35,882 nucleotides of DNA from Halanaerobiaceae bacterium (GTDB lineage: Bacteria > Bacillota > Halanaerobiia > Halanaerobiales > Halarsenatibacteraceae): positions 1 through 35,882 of the forward strand of contig PWHA01000123.1 of assembly GCA_003554685.1 (NCBI GenBank). Reading direction: 5' to 3'. Of the stretch, positions 1 to 8,797 are shown piece after piece (position 1 is the first letter of the stretch; every line of letters starts with the position of its first letter). Below the pieces are notes generated by a model. The model did not search any database, was not told the origin of the DNA, and saw only the letters and a program-made list of their open reading frames with translations. Both the position numbers and the translations under genes were made by a program.

Positions 1-31
1 CCTGAGCCAGGATCAAACTCTCCTTCAAATC
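1..31 (-). rRNA. rrs: 5' end of a 16S rRNA gene (partial; continues off the left edge)
   Basis: The reverse complement of 1-23 is GGAGAGTTTGATCCTGGCTCAGG, the universal 16S 5' (27F) region. The mature 5' end near nt 31 is estimated by analogy only. Confidence 0.85.
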
Positions 32-92
32 TTTAAATCTTAAACGCTAACGCTTTGTTTCTCCGCCTGCTTTCCTAAAACTTCTAACTATC

Positions 93-108
93 CACTTTTC
101 AAGGTTCT
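93..108 (-). promoter_or_regulatory. boxA-like antitermination element in the rrn leader
   Basis: The reverse complement AGAACCTTGAAAAGTG resembles the Firmicutes rrn leader boxA (TTCTTTGAAAACT-like). It lies between the promoters and the 16S 5' end. Confidence 0.3.
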
Positions 109-187
109 TCTGGGGCTTGAACTTCGATTTAGAACTGACCGTTAGAAAAATCTTTTCAGCCTGTTGTTTGCTGTGCTTCGGAAGTTA

Positions 188-216
188 ATTTTATCATTAA
201 AAGGTGCTGCAGTCAA
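188..216 (-). promoter_or_regulatory. sigma-A type rrn promoter (proximal)
   Basis: The minus strand reads TTGACT (216-211), a 17-nt spacer, then TAAAAT (193-188). Confidence 0.5.
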
Positions 217-365
217 GCAAAAATTAAGTTGATCAGGCCCGGGTTTAAGCTGAAATATGCTGAAATTTAAACCTTGATTTGAATTAAATCTGCAAATCGT
301 ATTAAGGTAATTTCATACCGAAAATTCCGGGTTTATTTAATGTTTTTTTGACTGCGACATTTTAT

Positions 366-394
366 ATGGTAACATCAAAAATATGGTCTGTCAA
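366..394 (-). promoter_or_regulatory. sigma-A type rrn promoter (distal)
   Basis: The minus strand reads TTGACA (394-389), a 17-nt spacer, then TACCAT (371-366). It lies directly downstream of the mnmA stop. Confidence 0.35.
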
Positions 395-407
395 GGTTTT
401 TTCTGGA

Positions 408-1697
408 TTAATCGAAAATTTTTTCGACGTAATTTTCCTGTTTGATTCCTTTGGAAATTATCCCTCCGCCCAGGACTAATTTGTCCTGATAGAAAACGAC
501 TGACTGACCTGGGGTTACGGCTGTGCAGCTGTCTTTGAATTCTACTGTGACTCTTCTGGAGGTCATATCTGAATCTGGCTTATTTTTTGATTGGGCGATA
601 GTCTGTTTTGTCTGCCGGGCCATTGGACCTTCATCAAAACGGGGAGTGTTTGACTGTCTTCCATCAAGATGAGCTGATGGCTCAGTATTAGTGGAGCTAT
701 CGGTAGAACTGTTTGAACTGTTATTAGAATCTGCTTGATGACCGGGCAGGATTTGGGCCGGTACGGGCCGGGAGTTATAGCGGACCTGAACGCTTGCTTC
801 TATTTTTTCCGGAGGGCTTGAGTAGGCGATCCAGTTAATCTGCTCGGCCTTGAGGCCGTGGAACTTGAGTTTTTCCCGGGGGGCAACGATCAGGGCGTTG
901 TGGGTGCTGTCGATTTCGACCACGTAGACCGGATGATCCAGAGAAATGCCCAGGCCGCGGCGCTGCCCGATGGTGTAGTGGTGCAGGCCCCGGTGGCGGC
1001 CGATTTTTTTGCCGGTGTAATAGTAGATGTCGCCCGGTTCGCCGATTTCGGGATAGTTGCGTTCGAGAAAGGTATGGTAATCGTTGTCGGGAACGAAACA
1101 GATCTCCTGGCTGTCGGGTTTGTTGTGAACCCGGAAGCCCAGTTCGCGAGCTTTTTCTCGGACTGCTGTTTTTTCGTGTTCGCCCAGGGGCATGAGGGTG
1201 TGCTGGAGCTGATGCTGGGTGAAGCCGTAGAGCATGTAGCTCTGGTCCTTGTCGCGGTCAATGGCCCGGTAGAGAAGATGGCGGCCGGTCTCCGGCTCGG
1301 TTTTGATACGGGAATAGTGGCCGGTGGCCACGTACTGGCAGTCCAGTCCCCTGGCCCGCTGGAGCAGGGCGGCAAACTTTATTTTTTTGTTGCAGACTAC
1401 ACAGGGATTAGGAGTGCGCCCCCGGCTGTATTCGGCCACGAAATTATCGATGACTTCCCGTTGAAAAATATCCTTAAAGTTGAGGGTGTAATGGGGGATG
1501 TCAAGCCGGGAGGCCACCCTTTTGGCATCTTCGATGGCGGCCAGCGAGCAGCAGCCTCCCTCTTCTTCATTGCGCTGCTCGTAATCGGGGAAAACCTCCA
1601 TGGTGGCACCAATAACTTCGTGTCCCTGAGAAACTAAAAGAGCGGCGGCGACAGAACTGTCGACGCCTCCGCTCATGGCGACCATTACTCTTGCCAC
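408..1697 (-). CDS. mnmA: tRNA 2-thiouridine(34) synthase MnmA, with a ~60-aa low-complexity insertion in the C-terminal domain
   Basis: N-terminal PP-loop VAMSGGVDSS, conserved NPCVxCN, and C-terminal TPGQSVVFY. GTG start preceded by GAAGGTGA. Confidence 0.95.
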   Translation of the reverse strand: MARVMVAMSGGVDSSVAAALLVSQGHEVIGATMEVFPDYEQRNEEEGGCCSLAAIEDAKRVASRLDIPHYTLNFKDIFQREVIDNFVAEYSRGRTPNPCVVCNKKIKFAALLQRARGLDCQYVATGHYSRIKTEPETGRHLLYRAIDRDKDQSYMLYGFTQHQLQHTLMPLGEHEKTAVREKARELGFRVHNKPDSQEICFVPDNDYHTFLERNYPEIGEPGDIYYYTGKKIGRHRGLHHYTIGQRRGLGISLDHPVYVVEIDSTHNALIVAPREKLKFHGLKAEQINWIAYSSPPEKIEASVQVRYNSRPVPAQILPGHQADSNNSSNSSTDSSTNTEPSAHLDGRQSNTPRFDEGPMARQTKQTIAQSKNKPDSDMTSRRVTVEFKDSCTAVTPGQSVVFYQDKLVLGGGIISKGIKQENYVEKIFD

Positions 1698-2032
1698 TGA
1701 AAATCACCTTCTTGCTGCAATTTGAGATGTTGATAATGTTTGTGTTAGTTAACTGCTGGAAGTGGTTGATTTGTTGGAGTATTTAATTGTTTGAATAGAA
1801 TATATTGATTCTGTTTTAAAAAATCCATTTAGAAACTATCAGCAATTGAGAAATCATTATTTTTCATGGGGATAATTGAAAAATATTATTGATCATGTGG
1901 TTTTAAAATTAATCAAATAACCATCACTATTTAAAATTGATTTTTGAGTAACAGATTTATGAACCATTAATTTGATCATAAGACTTGAAAATTAGTTTAT
2001 GAGAGTTAATTAATTATGGTTATTAATTATGG

Positions 2033-2452
2033 TTAATGGTGCTCGTGAGGTACTTTGTTTTCCGGGTCATCCTTTTCCAAGCCGGTTTTACCCTGACGGT
2101 AGTTGGAGATGGCGTTTTTAATGGCGTCGGCAGCCAGGTTAGAGCAGTGCATCTTAGCCGGTGGCAAACCATCCAGGGCTTCGGCGACCTGATCCTTGCT
2201 GACCTGAAGGGCTTCATCCAGGGGTTTGCCCTTGACAAGTTCGGTGACCATGCTGCTGGTGGCTACCGCAGCGCCGCAGCCAAAGGTGCTGAATTTGATA
2301 TCGTCAATGATTTCGTCGTCGCTGATCTTTAAATAGACTCTGATGATATCACCGCAGGTGGGATTGCCAACCTCGCCGACAACATCGGGATCCTTCATTT
2401 TGCCTACATTTCTGGGGCATTGAAAGTGGTCCATTACTTTATCTGAATACAT
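2033..2452 (-). CDS. iscU: Fe-S cluster scaffold protein IscU/NifU-like
   Basis: Contains GNPTCGD, FGCGAA and HCSNLA, the three cluster-ligand Cys motifs. The start was moved to the ATG at 2452 (MYSDKV...), 9 nt after AAGGAG; the ORF-track start is a TTG inside the spacer. Confidence 0.93.
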   Translation of the reverse strand: MYSDKVMDHFQCPRNVGKMKDPDVVGEVGNPTCGDIIRVYLKISDDEIIDDIKFSTFGCGAAVATSSMVTELVKGKPLDEALQVSKDQVAEALDGLPPAKMHCSNLAADAIKNAISNYRQGKTGLEKDDPENKVPHEHH

Positions 2453-2889
2453 TTGAGTCAACTCCTTAAACTGTTGTTGTAAAACCTTAAATAATTCTAT
2501 AGATGAATCTTAGGATTAATCTTTGTTTGAAAATCTGAATCTAATCTAAATAAGCTTATAAAATGGCTTTAAATATGCTTTGCTGTTATTTGCTGCTTTA
2601 CAACTATTTGCTATTGAAATATACTTATTTGCTTTTTCAGCTGTTATTTTCCTTTTTTAATCAATTATTTATTCTATCAATAAAATTAAACTGGATTAAG
2701 AACTGTTTCTGCTAATTTAGCTAAATAGCTCTAAAGTTTTTTGATCTCTGTTTAATTATATGATATCAAAAATAGGCGATAATACAATAAATTATTTCTC
2801 AAACTGATTAATTATATATTGGCAAAATATAATAATACTTTAGCGCTTTTGCATATAGTTTTCACTCTTAGTAAGAAACTTGGTAAAGA

Positions 2890-4062
2890 TTAGCCTTCAT
2901 AGAGGGGGGACATATCTCTCAGTTTCTGGATCACCGAGGGGAGATTTTCCAGGAGATAGTCGACTTCTTCCTCGGTGGTGCTATAGCCCATGGAGATGCG
3001 GAGCGAGCCGTGGGCTACTTCGTGGCTTAAGCCCAGGGACAGCATCACATGGGAGGGGTCCAGGGAGCCCGAGGTACAGGCCGAGCCGCTGGAGGCTGCT
3101 ATGCCCAGCATATCGAGATTGAGCAGAATTGATTCGCCTTCAATGTATCGGAAACAGAAGCTGACATTGTTGGGAAGGCGCTGATCTCCCCGCGGGCCGT
3201 TAAGCCTTACTTCGCTGATTTCATCCAGGACGGTGTCGATAATTCTATCTCTGAATTTGATAAGTTTCTGGCGTTTTTCTGGAAGACGCTTGACTGCCAG
3301 TTCGGCGGCCTTGCCGAATCCTACAATGCCAGGGACATTCTCGGTGCTGGCCCGGCGTTTACGTTCCTGGGCGCCGCCCTGCATCTGGGGCAACAGTCTG
3401 GTTCCTTTTTTGACATACAAAGCTCCCACACCCTTGGGTCCGTTAATTTTATGGGCGGAAAGCGAGAGGAGATCAACTCCGCTCTGCTGAACATCAATTT
3501 CCAGCTGGCCGGCTGCCTGGACGGCATCAGTGTGGAAGTAAATATCGTGTTCTCCGGCAATTTCTGCGATTCTGAAGATTGGCTGAATGGTGCCGATTTC
3601 GTTGTTGGCGGTCATGATGGTGATCAATATGGTGTCGGGACGGATAGCTTCCTCAAGTTCCTGGAGATCTATGAGGCCCTCCTCATCAACCGGCAGATAG
3701 GTCACCTCGAAATCCAGGTGTTTTTCCAGAAATTCGCAGGTATGGAGAACTGCATGATGCTCTGTTTTGCTGGTGATAATATGATTGCCCCTGTCCATAC
3801 GGGCCATGGCTGCACCTTTAATGGCCAGGTTGTCGGCTTCAGTGCCGCTGCCGGTGAAGATTATTTCCCGGCTGTCGGCGGCATTAATCATTTGCTGCAC
3901 CTTTTCCCGGGCTTCGGTCAGGGCTCGTTCGGCCTGCTGGCCCTCCTGATATATGCTGGAAGGGTTGCCGAATTTGTCCTGAAAGAAGGGCTCCATGGCC
4001 TGAAAAACCTCAGGATCAAGGGTAGTCGTGGCAGCATGATCGAAATAATAACGTTTGCTCAT
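2890..4062 (-). CDS. iscS: cysteine desulfurase (IscS/NifS class V aminotransferase)
   Basis: PLP-lysine motif SAHKINGPKG and active-site loop SSGSACTSG. ATG start preceded by GAGGTGA. Confidence 0.95.
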   Translation of the reverse strand: MSKRYYFDHAATTTLDPEVFQAMEPFFQDKFGNPSSIYQEGQQAERALTEAREKVQQMINAADSREIIFTGSGTEADNLAIKGAAMARMDRGNHIITSKTEHHAVLHTCEFLEKHLDFEVTYLPVDEEGLIDLQELEEAIRPDTILITIMTANNEIGTIQPIFRIAEIAGEHDIYFHTDAVQAAGQLEIDVQQSGVDLLSLSAHKINGPKGVGALYVKKGTRLLPQMQGGAQERKRRASTENVPGIVGFGKAAELAVKRLPEKRQKLIKFRDRIIDTVLDEISEVRLNGPRGDQRLPNNVSFCFRYIEGESILLNLDMLGIAASSGSACTSGSLDPSHVMLSLGLSHEVAHGSLRISMGYSTTEEEVDYLLENLPSVIQKLRDMSPLYEG

Positions 4063-4229
4063 AATGGATTCACCTCGTTCCAGATCGATTATTATTAGTT
4101 TGTCAGGGTAAATTAAGGCAAAAAAATATTTGTTGCCTTTTTATTGCCTTTAATAACAAGGGTTACAGCCGTTAAGCGCCCTAAGCGCCTGATCTTTTTT
4201 GAAACCTGGTTAATTACTGCAATTCTTTC

Positions 4230-4329
4230 GACTGACTTCATTACTGAAACATCTAACTGCCTTTATTACTGAAATTTTTGATTGCTTTTATTGCCGAAAT
4301 ATCTGACTGCCTTTATCACTGAAAGATCA
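4230..4329. repeat. 4 x 25-nt degenerate head-to-tail tandem repeat
   Basis: Units are gactgacttcattactgaaacatct, aactgcctttattactgaaattttt, gattgcttttattgccgaaatatct and gactgcctttatcactgaaagatca, contiguous with no spacers. Confidence 0.85.
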
Positions 4330-4380
4330 GTACTGGACTTTTAAATAGATTTTTTATGGGCTGGGCTATTTAATTTTTAA

Positions 4381-4418
4381 TTAATACAATTTTAATCAAT
4401 TAATACAATTTTAATCAA
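4381..4418. repeat. perfect 2 x 19-nt tandem duplication
   Basis: ttaatacaattttaatcaa occurs at 4381-4399 and again at 4400-4418. Confidence 0.9.
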
Positions 4419-4710
4419 TAGTCTTTTTTAATCAACAGGCTTTATTCTTTAATAATGCAATTGTTGAGGCACTGAGGGAAGGAAGTAATTTTTCGTAAAG
4501 TTTTCTATCAAAATCGTTGTTCTGCAAAGGGTTATAATTTCGAAATTTCGTTAAATTAGACTTTATGCAGCGGAATCAATTGTATAATTAATTTATTAAA
4601 GTATATGATTATTGATTTGCAGTTACAAATTTAATCATTCAGACTCGGTTTATGGGTTAATTATTGTGTTAATTATTGGGCTCAAAAAAACAGATCTAAA
4701 ATTATCTTAT

Positions 4711-4755
4711 TAATTATAATCCAAATAATTATAACCCAAATAATTATAATCGAAA
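4711..4755. repeat. 3 x 15-nt tandem repeat
   Basis: Units are taattataatccaaa, taattataacccaaa and taattataatcgaaa. Confidence 0.85.
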
Positions 4756-4979
4756 TATAAATCTAATCATGAAATCTATCAATCAAATGCAGGTCTGATT
4801 TGAGCAGACTTAAAATGAAGAATGAAGAAAGCTGAATGTTAATTAAATAGCTGCAATTATCCGGTTAATCCCGGCCGAATCGGGTTGAATTAATCAAAAA
4901 TTATTAACCAAAAGTCAATATAAAATGCCGGTTTATTTAATCGTAAGCTGCCTGTGTCTGTTTTATTAAAATCCGAGTG

Positions 4980-5402
4980 TTAATTTTTTTCGAGGATTTC
5001 GGCTTTTTTCTTTAAATCGGCAATGGTGTAAGAGTCCAGCAGCTCGCCTATCTGCTTGCTTAAAATGTTCCAAAGATCGTGGGTTACACAGCTGTTGGCC
5101 TGCTCGCAGTTATAACTATCCATAACGCAATCGACCGGACTGATAGGTCCTTCCAGGATTCTGATGACATCACCGGCGGTTATTTTTTCCGGATCTTTGT
5201 TTAACAGGTAACCTCCGTGTGCTCCACGAACACTGCTTACCACGCCTGCTTTTCTCAGACTGGCAAAGAGCTGTTCCAGATACTGCTCTGATATTTTTTC
5301 CCGTTCTGCTATTTTCCGAAGCGGAATTGCCTTATCATCCTGATGCATGGCCAGATCTACCAGTGCCCGCAGACCATATCTACCCCTGGTTGAAATTTTC
5401 AT
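4980..5402 (-). CDS. iscR: Rrf2-family transcriptional regulator (IscR/CymR-like)
   Basis: N-terminal STRGRYGLRAL wHTH signature. Three Cys (CVMDSYNCEQANSC) are spaced like IscR cluster ligands. The start was moved to the ATG at 5402, which follows GAGGTGG. Confidence 0.9.
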   Translation of the reverse strand: MKISTRGRYGLRALVDLAMHQDDKAIPLRKIAEREKISEQYLEQLFASLRKAGVVSSVRGAHGGYLLNKDPEKITAGDVIRILEGPISPVDCVMDSYNCEQANSCVTHDLWNILSKQIGELLDSYTIADLKKKAEILEKN

Positions 5403-5442
5403 TTTTTCCACCTCATAATCTTGAGTATTAATATCGAGTTTT

Positions 5443-5471
5443 ATTGTAACATAGCTAAATCACTCTGTCAA
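5443..5471 (-). promoter_or_regulatory. sigma-A promoter for iscR
   Basis: The minus strand reads TTGACA (5471-5466, overlapping the yigZ stop), a 17-nt spacer, then TACAAT (5448-5443), ~40 nt upstream of the iscR ATG. Confidence 0.6.
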
Positions 5472-6106
5472 TTAGGTAAAAATTTACTTTCCTTTTTAGT
5501 TAAATCCACTCTGTTGCCGGTTATTCTGGTGATTTCCTGTGAGAGGCTGTCAAAGCTTGAGGCTCTGACGACTGCCTCAACGGAAAACCCCTTATCAACG
5601 TGTCTTGTTCCCTTAATTTCTGCTCCTACCTTTTCCAGCTGGCCGAGGGTTATACCGAGCTGCTGGTAATCTCCCCGGCATATTATGGAATAAAATAAGC
5701 TGAGTTTGATTTTGTCTGCCTTCAGTAAAACCCGGTCACAGGAGTTGCCATAGGCTTTGATTAACCCCCCAATTCCTAATTTTGTTCCGCCAAAATAGCG
5801 GGTTACAACCACGCAGGTGTTGACCAGATTATGGCCGGCTATTTTGGCCAGCACCGGCGGGCCCGAGGACCCGCCCGGTTCGCCATCGTCGTCACTGTAT
5901 TCCAGGATTTCCCTGGATTCATAGATACGGTAGGCCGAGACATTGTGATTAGCATCATCGTATTTAGCACTGATTTCGGTTATAAAGGCTTCGGCTTCCT
6001 GCCGGTCCGGGCAGGGACTGGCGCTGGCAATAAAGCGGCTGTCCTTAACCTTATTGGTAATCTTGAGCGGTGCTGAGATAGTCTGATAACCCTGGTTTTC
6101 TTTCAC
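5468..6106 (-). CDS. yigZ: IMPACT/YigZ (UPF0029) family protein
   Basis: KDSRFIASASP... near the N-terminus and VVVTRYFGGTKLGIGGLIKAYG, the family signature. GTG start. Confidence 0.85.
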   Translation of the reverse strand: MKENQGYQTISAPLKITNKVKDSRFIASASPCPDRQEAEAFITEISAKYDDANHNVSAYRIYESREILEYSDDDGEPGGSSGPPVLAKIAGHNLVNTCVVVTRYFGGTKLGIGGLIKAYGNSCDRVLLKADKIKLSLFYSIICRGDYQQLGITLGQLEKVGAEIKGTRHVDKGFSVEAVVRASSFDSLSQEITRITGNRVDLTKKESKFLPN

Positions 6107-6170
6107 GGCATCACCACTATTCTGACACTGGTCCTGGTGTTTTTGAGAATTAATTATTAAAATTTGGGTA

Positions 6171-6268
6171 TATAGTTCTGGTTCGATGTGGTGCTTGTTC
6201 AGTATGCTATTGGCTCGACATGGTAATGATTTTGGTATGGTATTGACTCGATATGGTTCTGGTTCAGG
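6171..6268. repeat. about 3 x 33-nt degenerate tandem repeat
   Basis: tatgctattggctcgacatggtaatgattttgg (6203-6235) and tatggtattgactcgatatggttctggttcagg (6236-6268), with a weaker third copy at 6171-6202. Confidence 0.7.
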
Positions 6269-6329
6269 AAATATTTTTTTGATGAATTATTTTTCTGAAA
6301 AAATATATTTATAGAATATGCTATTAACT

Positions 6330-7637
6330 TTACTCCTTGAGGTGCTGGAGAAATTTTTTGATTTTCTCTTCCTGACCCTGATCTCCCGGCTGATAAAAAC
6401 TGGTATCCCGGTGGTTTTCGGGCAGGTAGTCCTGCTCGACATAGTTATTCTCATAGCTGTGGGGGTATTTATAATCCACGCCGCTGCCCAGCTCCTGAGC
6501 TCCTCGGTAATGGGTATCACGCAGGTGGGATGGAACCGGACCGGGGTCGTTGTTTTCCAGGTAATCCAGAGCCCGGTCGATGCCGGTGATGACGGAATTG
6601 CTTTTGGGAGCGGTGGCCAGATAGATCACGGCCTGGGCCAGCGGGATGCGGGCCTCGGGCAGGCCGACATACTCCAGGGCCCGGGCTGCAGCGACGGCAA
6701 TTCCCAGGGCAGTTGGGTCGGCCAGGCCGATATCTTCGGCGGAATGAACTATGATGCGGCGGGCGATAAACATGGGATCCTCGCCGGCTTTGATCATCCG
6801 GGCCAGCCAGAAGAGGGCGGCATCGGGGTCGGAACCCCGGATGCTCTTGATGAAGGCTGAGATGACATCATAGTGATTATCTCCACTTTTATCGTATTTC
6901 AAAATCTTCTCCTGCATGGAATCAGCAATTACTTCCCCGGTCAGTGCTATCCTGCCCTCCCGGTCAGAGGGTGTGGACAGGGCGGCGATTTCCAAAGCGT
7001 TTAAGGCCACCCGGGCATCGCCTCCCGATCTATCAGCCAGAAAATCTATTGTTTCCTGAGAAATTTCAATATCAAGATTGCCCAGACCACGATCTTTGTC
7101 CTCTAGGGTCTGGTGAATTATTTTGATTATATCCTGCTTTTCCAGGGGCTTCAGCTGAAAAATCCGGGAGCGGGAAAGCAGCGGGGCGTTGACCTCAAAA
7201 TAGGGATTTTCAGTGGTGGCCCCAATCATAATAATGATTCCCTTTTCTACCGAGGGCAGCAGGGCATCCTGCTGGGCCTTATTGAAACGGTGGATTTCAT
7301 CGATAAAAAGAATGGTGCTTTTGTTGTAAAGCTCAAGATTATCCTGTCCCTGAGCGATTACCTCCCGGAGGTCCTTGACTCCCGAAGTTACGGCATTTAG
7401 CTTGATAAATTCGGATTCGGTCTGACAGGAGATGATCCGGGCCAGACTGGTCTTGCCGGTTCCGGGAGGACCGTAGAGAATCAGGGACTGCAGTTTGTCA
7501 GCCTCGATCATCCGGCGCAGCAGTTTGCCGGGGGCGGTGATGTGCTCCTGGCCGTGGAGTTCGGAAAAGGTCTCCGGACGCATCCGGAAGGCCAGGGGCT
7601 GTTTATCCTTATTTTTATTTTGGGAAAAGAGATTCAT
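6330..7637 (-). CDS. rarA: replication-associated recombination protein A (RarA/MgsA AAA+ ATPase)
   Basis: Walker [10 protein letters not shown], Walker [10 protein letters not shown], and the C-terminal MgsA domain ([12 protein letters not shown]). The start is set at the ATG at 7637, preceded by GGAGAG; an in-frame ATG at 7679 has only a weak AAGAG. Confidence 0.93.
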   Translation of the reverse strand: MNLFSQNKNKDKQPLAFRMRPETFSELHGQEHITAPGKLLRRMIEADKLQSLILYGPPGTGKTSLARIISCQTESEFIKLNAVTSGVKDLREVIAQGQDNLELYNKSTILFIDEIHRFNKAQQDALLPSVEKGIIIMIGATTENPYFEVNAPLLSRSRIFQLKPLEKQDIIKIIHQTLEDKDRGLGNLDIEISQETIDFLADRSGGDARVALNALEIAALSTPSDREGRIALTGEVIADSMQEKILKYDKSGDNHYDVISAFIKSIRGSDPDAALFWLARMIKAGEDPMFIARRIIVHSAEDIGLADPTALGIAVAAARALEYVGLPEARIPLAQAVIYLATAPKSNSVITGIDRALDYLENNDPGPVPSHLRDTHYRGAQELGSGVDYKYPHSYENNYVEQDYLPENHRDTSFYQPGDQGQEEKIKKFLQHLKE

Positions 7638-7801
7638 GGCTGACTCTCCAGTATTTATAGGGTTAAAAAAATGATTCATGTCTAACTCTTAAGTATACGA
7701 GGGTTTGAGAAAAAATATCTAAGGCCAACTCTTCAGTATTTATTGGAATGAGAGACAAGATTTATGACTAAATCTCCAGTATTTAGCGGAATGTGATAAA
7801 T
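7632..7801. repeat. 4 x ~42-nt degenerate tandem repeat that includes the rarA translation-initiation region
   Basis: On the minus strand each unit ends ...ctggagagtcagccATGaat (the real start), cttaagagttagacATGaat, ctgaagagttggccTTAgat or ctggagatttagtcATAaat. Confidence 0.8.
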
Positions 7802-8318
7802 ATTGAGATAAATATATGATGGTCTTACCAGGTTAAGCTGGTTTTTCTGTTTAACCCGGGACACTGGTTAACCTCGGACATTACTTAACTTTAACTATGT
7901 TTTAGGTTGATGCTGCCGCAAGTACAAAATTTAACAAATGCGGCTAAAAAACCCCGGCAAACTCATTTTATAGAGGCAGTCAGATCCTGCCGAAAACTTA
8001 TACCCATAAAATGCTATTGACATTGTCTGGATTAATTTGCTTACCTCATATGATATCAAAAAGTTAATAAGAATGCAAAGGATTCGGGAGAAAATTTCAA
8101 TTAAAAATAAAAGTTTGCTAAATTTGGCAGATACAGCAATAATGATTGTCAAATAAGAAATGGTTAAAGAAATTTGAAAGTTTAGAGAAAATTAACAGGA
8201 GCAGATTTAACAGGAAGGAGGTACTGTAAGAATTTGTAATCGGCAAGGAAATGGTAAGCAGAAGAAGGATATAGCTGGGGGTTTATTTGTAAGGAATTTG
8301 CAGGAAATACATTGATGG

Positions 8319-8503
8319 AGAAAAGCTCCACCGTGCCGTGTGGTTTGAGAATTTTGATCCCTGTCTGCAAAGTGGGTGCCCTCCTATCTGGTTTGCAGGT
8401 CCCCCGAAGGGCTTCTGCGCCGCAGATAGAGACCAGGCTCCCAATGTATTGGTGTTGGTCAAAATTTTTTTACCATTCACGTACACGGCAGAGCTTTTCT
8501 GTT
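8319..8503 (-). ncRNA. ssrS: 6S RNA (SsrS/BsrA-like) candidate
   Basis: Rod-like fold. Closing helices pair 8500-8491 with 8328-8319 and 8490-8483 with 8341-8334. An 8-bp helix pairs 8466-8459 with 8357-8350, followed by a ~16/16-nt central bubble. Distal helices pair 8442-8436 with 8380-8374 and 8430-8423 with 8390-8383, with an apical C(UUCG)G loop at 8409-8404. It has its own promoter 7 nt upstream and sits upstream of rarA, as bsrA does in B. subtilis (from memory). Confidence 0.6.
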
Positions 8504-8509
8504 AATAAA

Positions 8510-8538
8510 ATAATATCACAGATGTATGAAATAATCAA
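8510..8538 (-). promoter_or_regulatory. sigma-A promoter with extended -10 for the 6S RNA candidate
   Basis: The minus strand reads TTGATT (8538-8533), a 17-nt spacer, then TGaTATTAT (8518-8510). An A at 8503/8502 is at the expected start distance. Confidence 0.55.
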
Positions 8539-8646
8539 GATGATAGGGCATTTATATTTAGATAAGTAGGGGCTCAAAATAAATCAGGATTATCTTTAGA
8601 AAAGATATATTTAAGTTCAGGAGTATGTTGTAAACCTCCTTTTTTT

Positions 8647-8797
8647 TGACGATTTCAACCTTCGCCTGCTTACTTTTTATGATAATTTCAACCTTAATCT
8701 ACTCTCTTTTATGACGGTTTCAGCCTTAACCTACATCGGTTTCAACCTTAACCTACAACTGTTAACAAAAGTAGCAGTTGTTAGCAAAAGTAGCAGT
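8647..8797. repeat. tandem repeats: 4 x ~24-33 nt (tttcaacctt core), then 2 x 19 nt
   Basis: Units are tgacgatttcaaccttcgcc..., tgataatttcaaccttaatc..., tgacggtttcagccttaacc... and tcggtttcaaccttaacc..., followed by tgttaacaaaagtagcagt and tgttagcaaaagtagcagt. Confidence 0.8.

Noticed and set aside
858-1637. Long plus-strand ORFs antisense to real genes (858-1637, 3451-4098, 6318-6860, 9578-9964, 11692-12102, 13529-14287, 15305-15778, 17274-17876, 19219-19791, 24602-25156, and others).
   Set aside because: Each lies entirely inside a minus-strand gene that carries clear family motifs. Their translations are low-complexity with no recognisable motifs and no SD-preceded start. They are typical shadow ORFs of relatively GC-rich coding sequence.
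4230-4329. A possible CRISPR array (and likewise the other tandem arrays).
   Set aside because: The repeat units are contiguous with no unique spacers and diverge progressively, there are only 2-4 copies, and no cas genes are nearby.
7931-8152. 73-aa minus-strand ORF in the rarA-6S spacer.
   Set aside because: It begins at a TTG with no SD sequence, lies in an AT-rich repeat-bearing spacer, and its hydrophobic/Phe/Ile-rich translation is what AT-rich noncoding DNA produces. No family resemblance.
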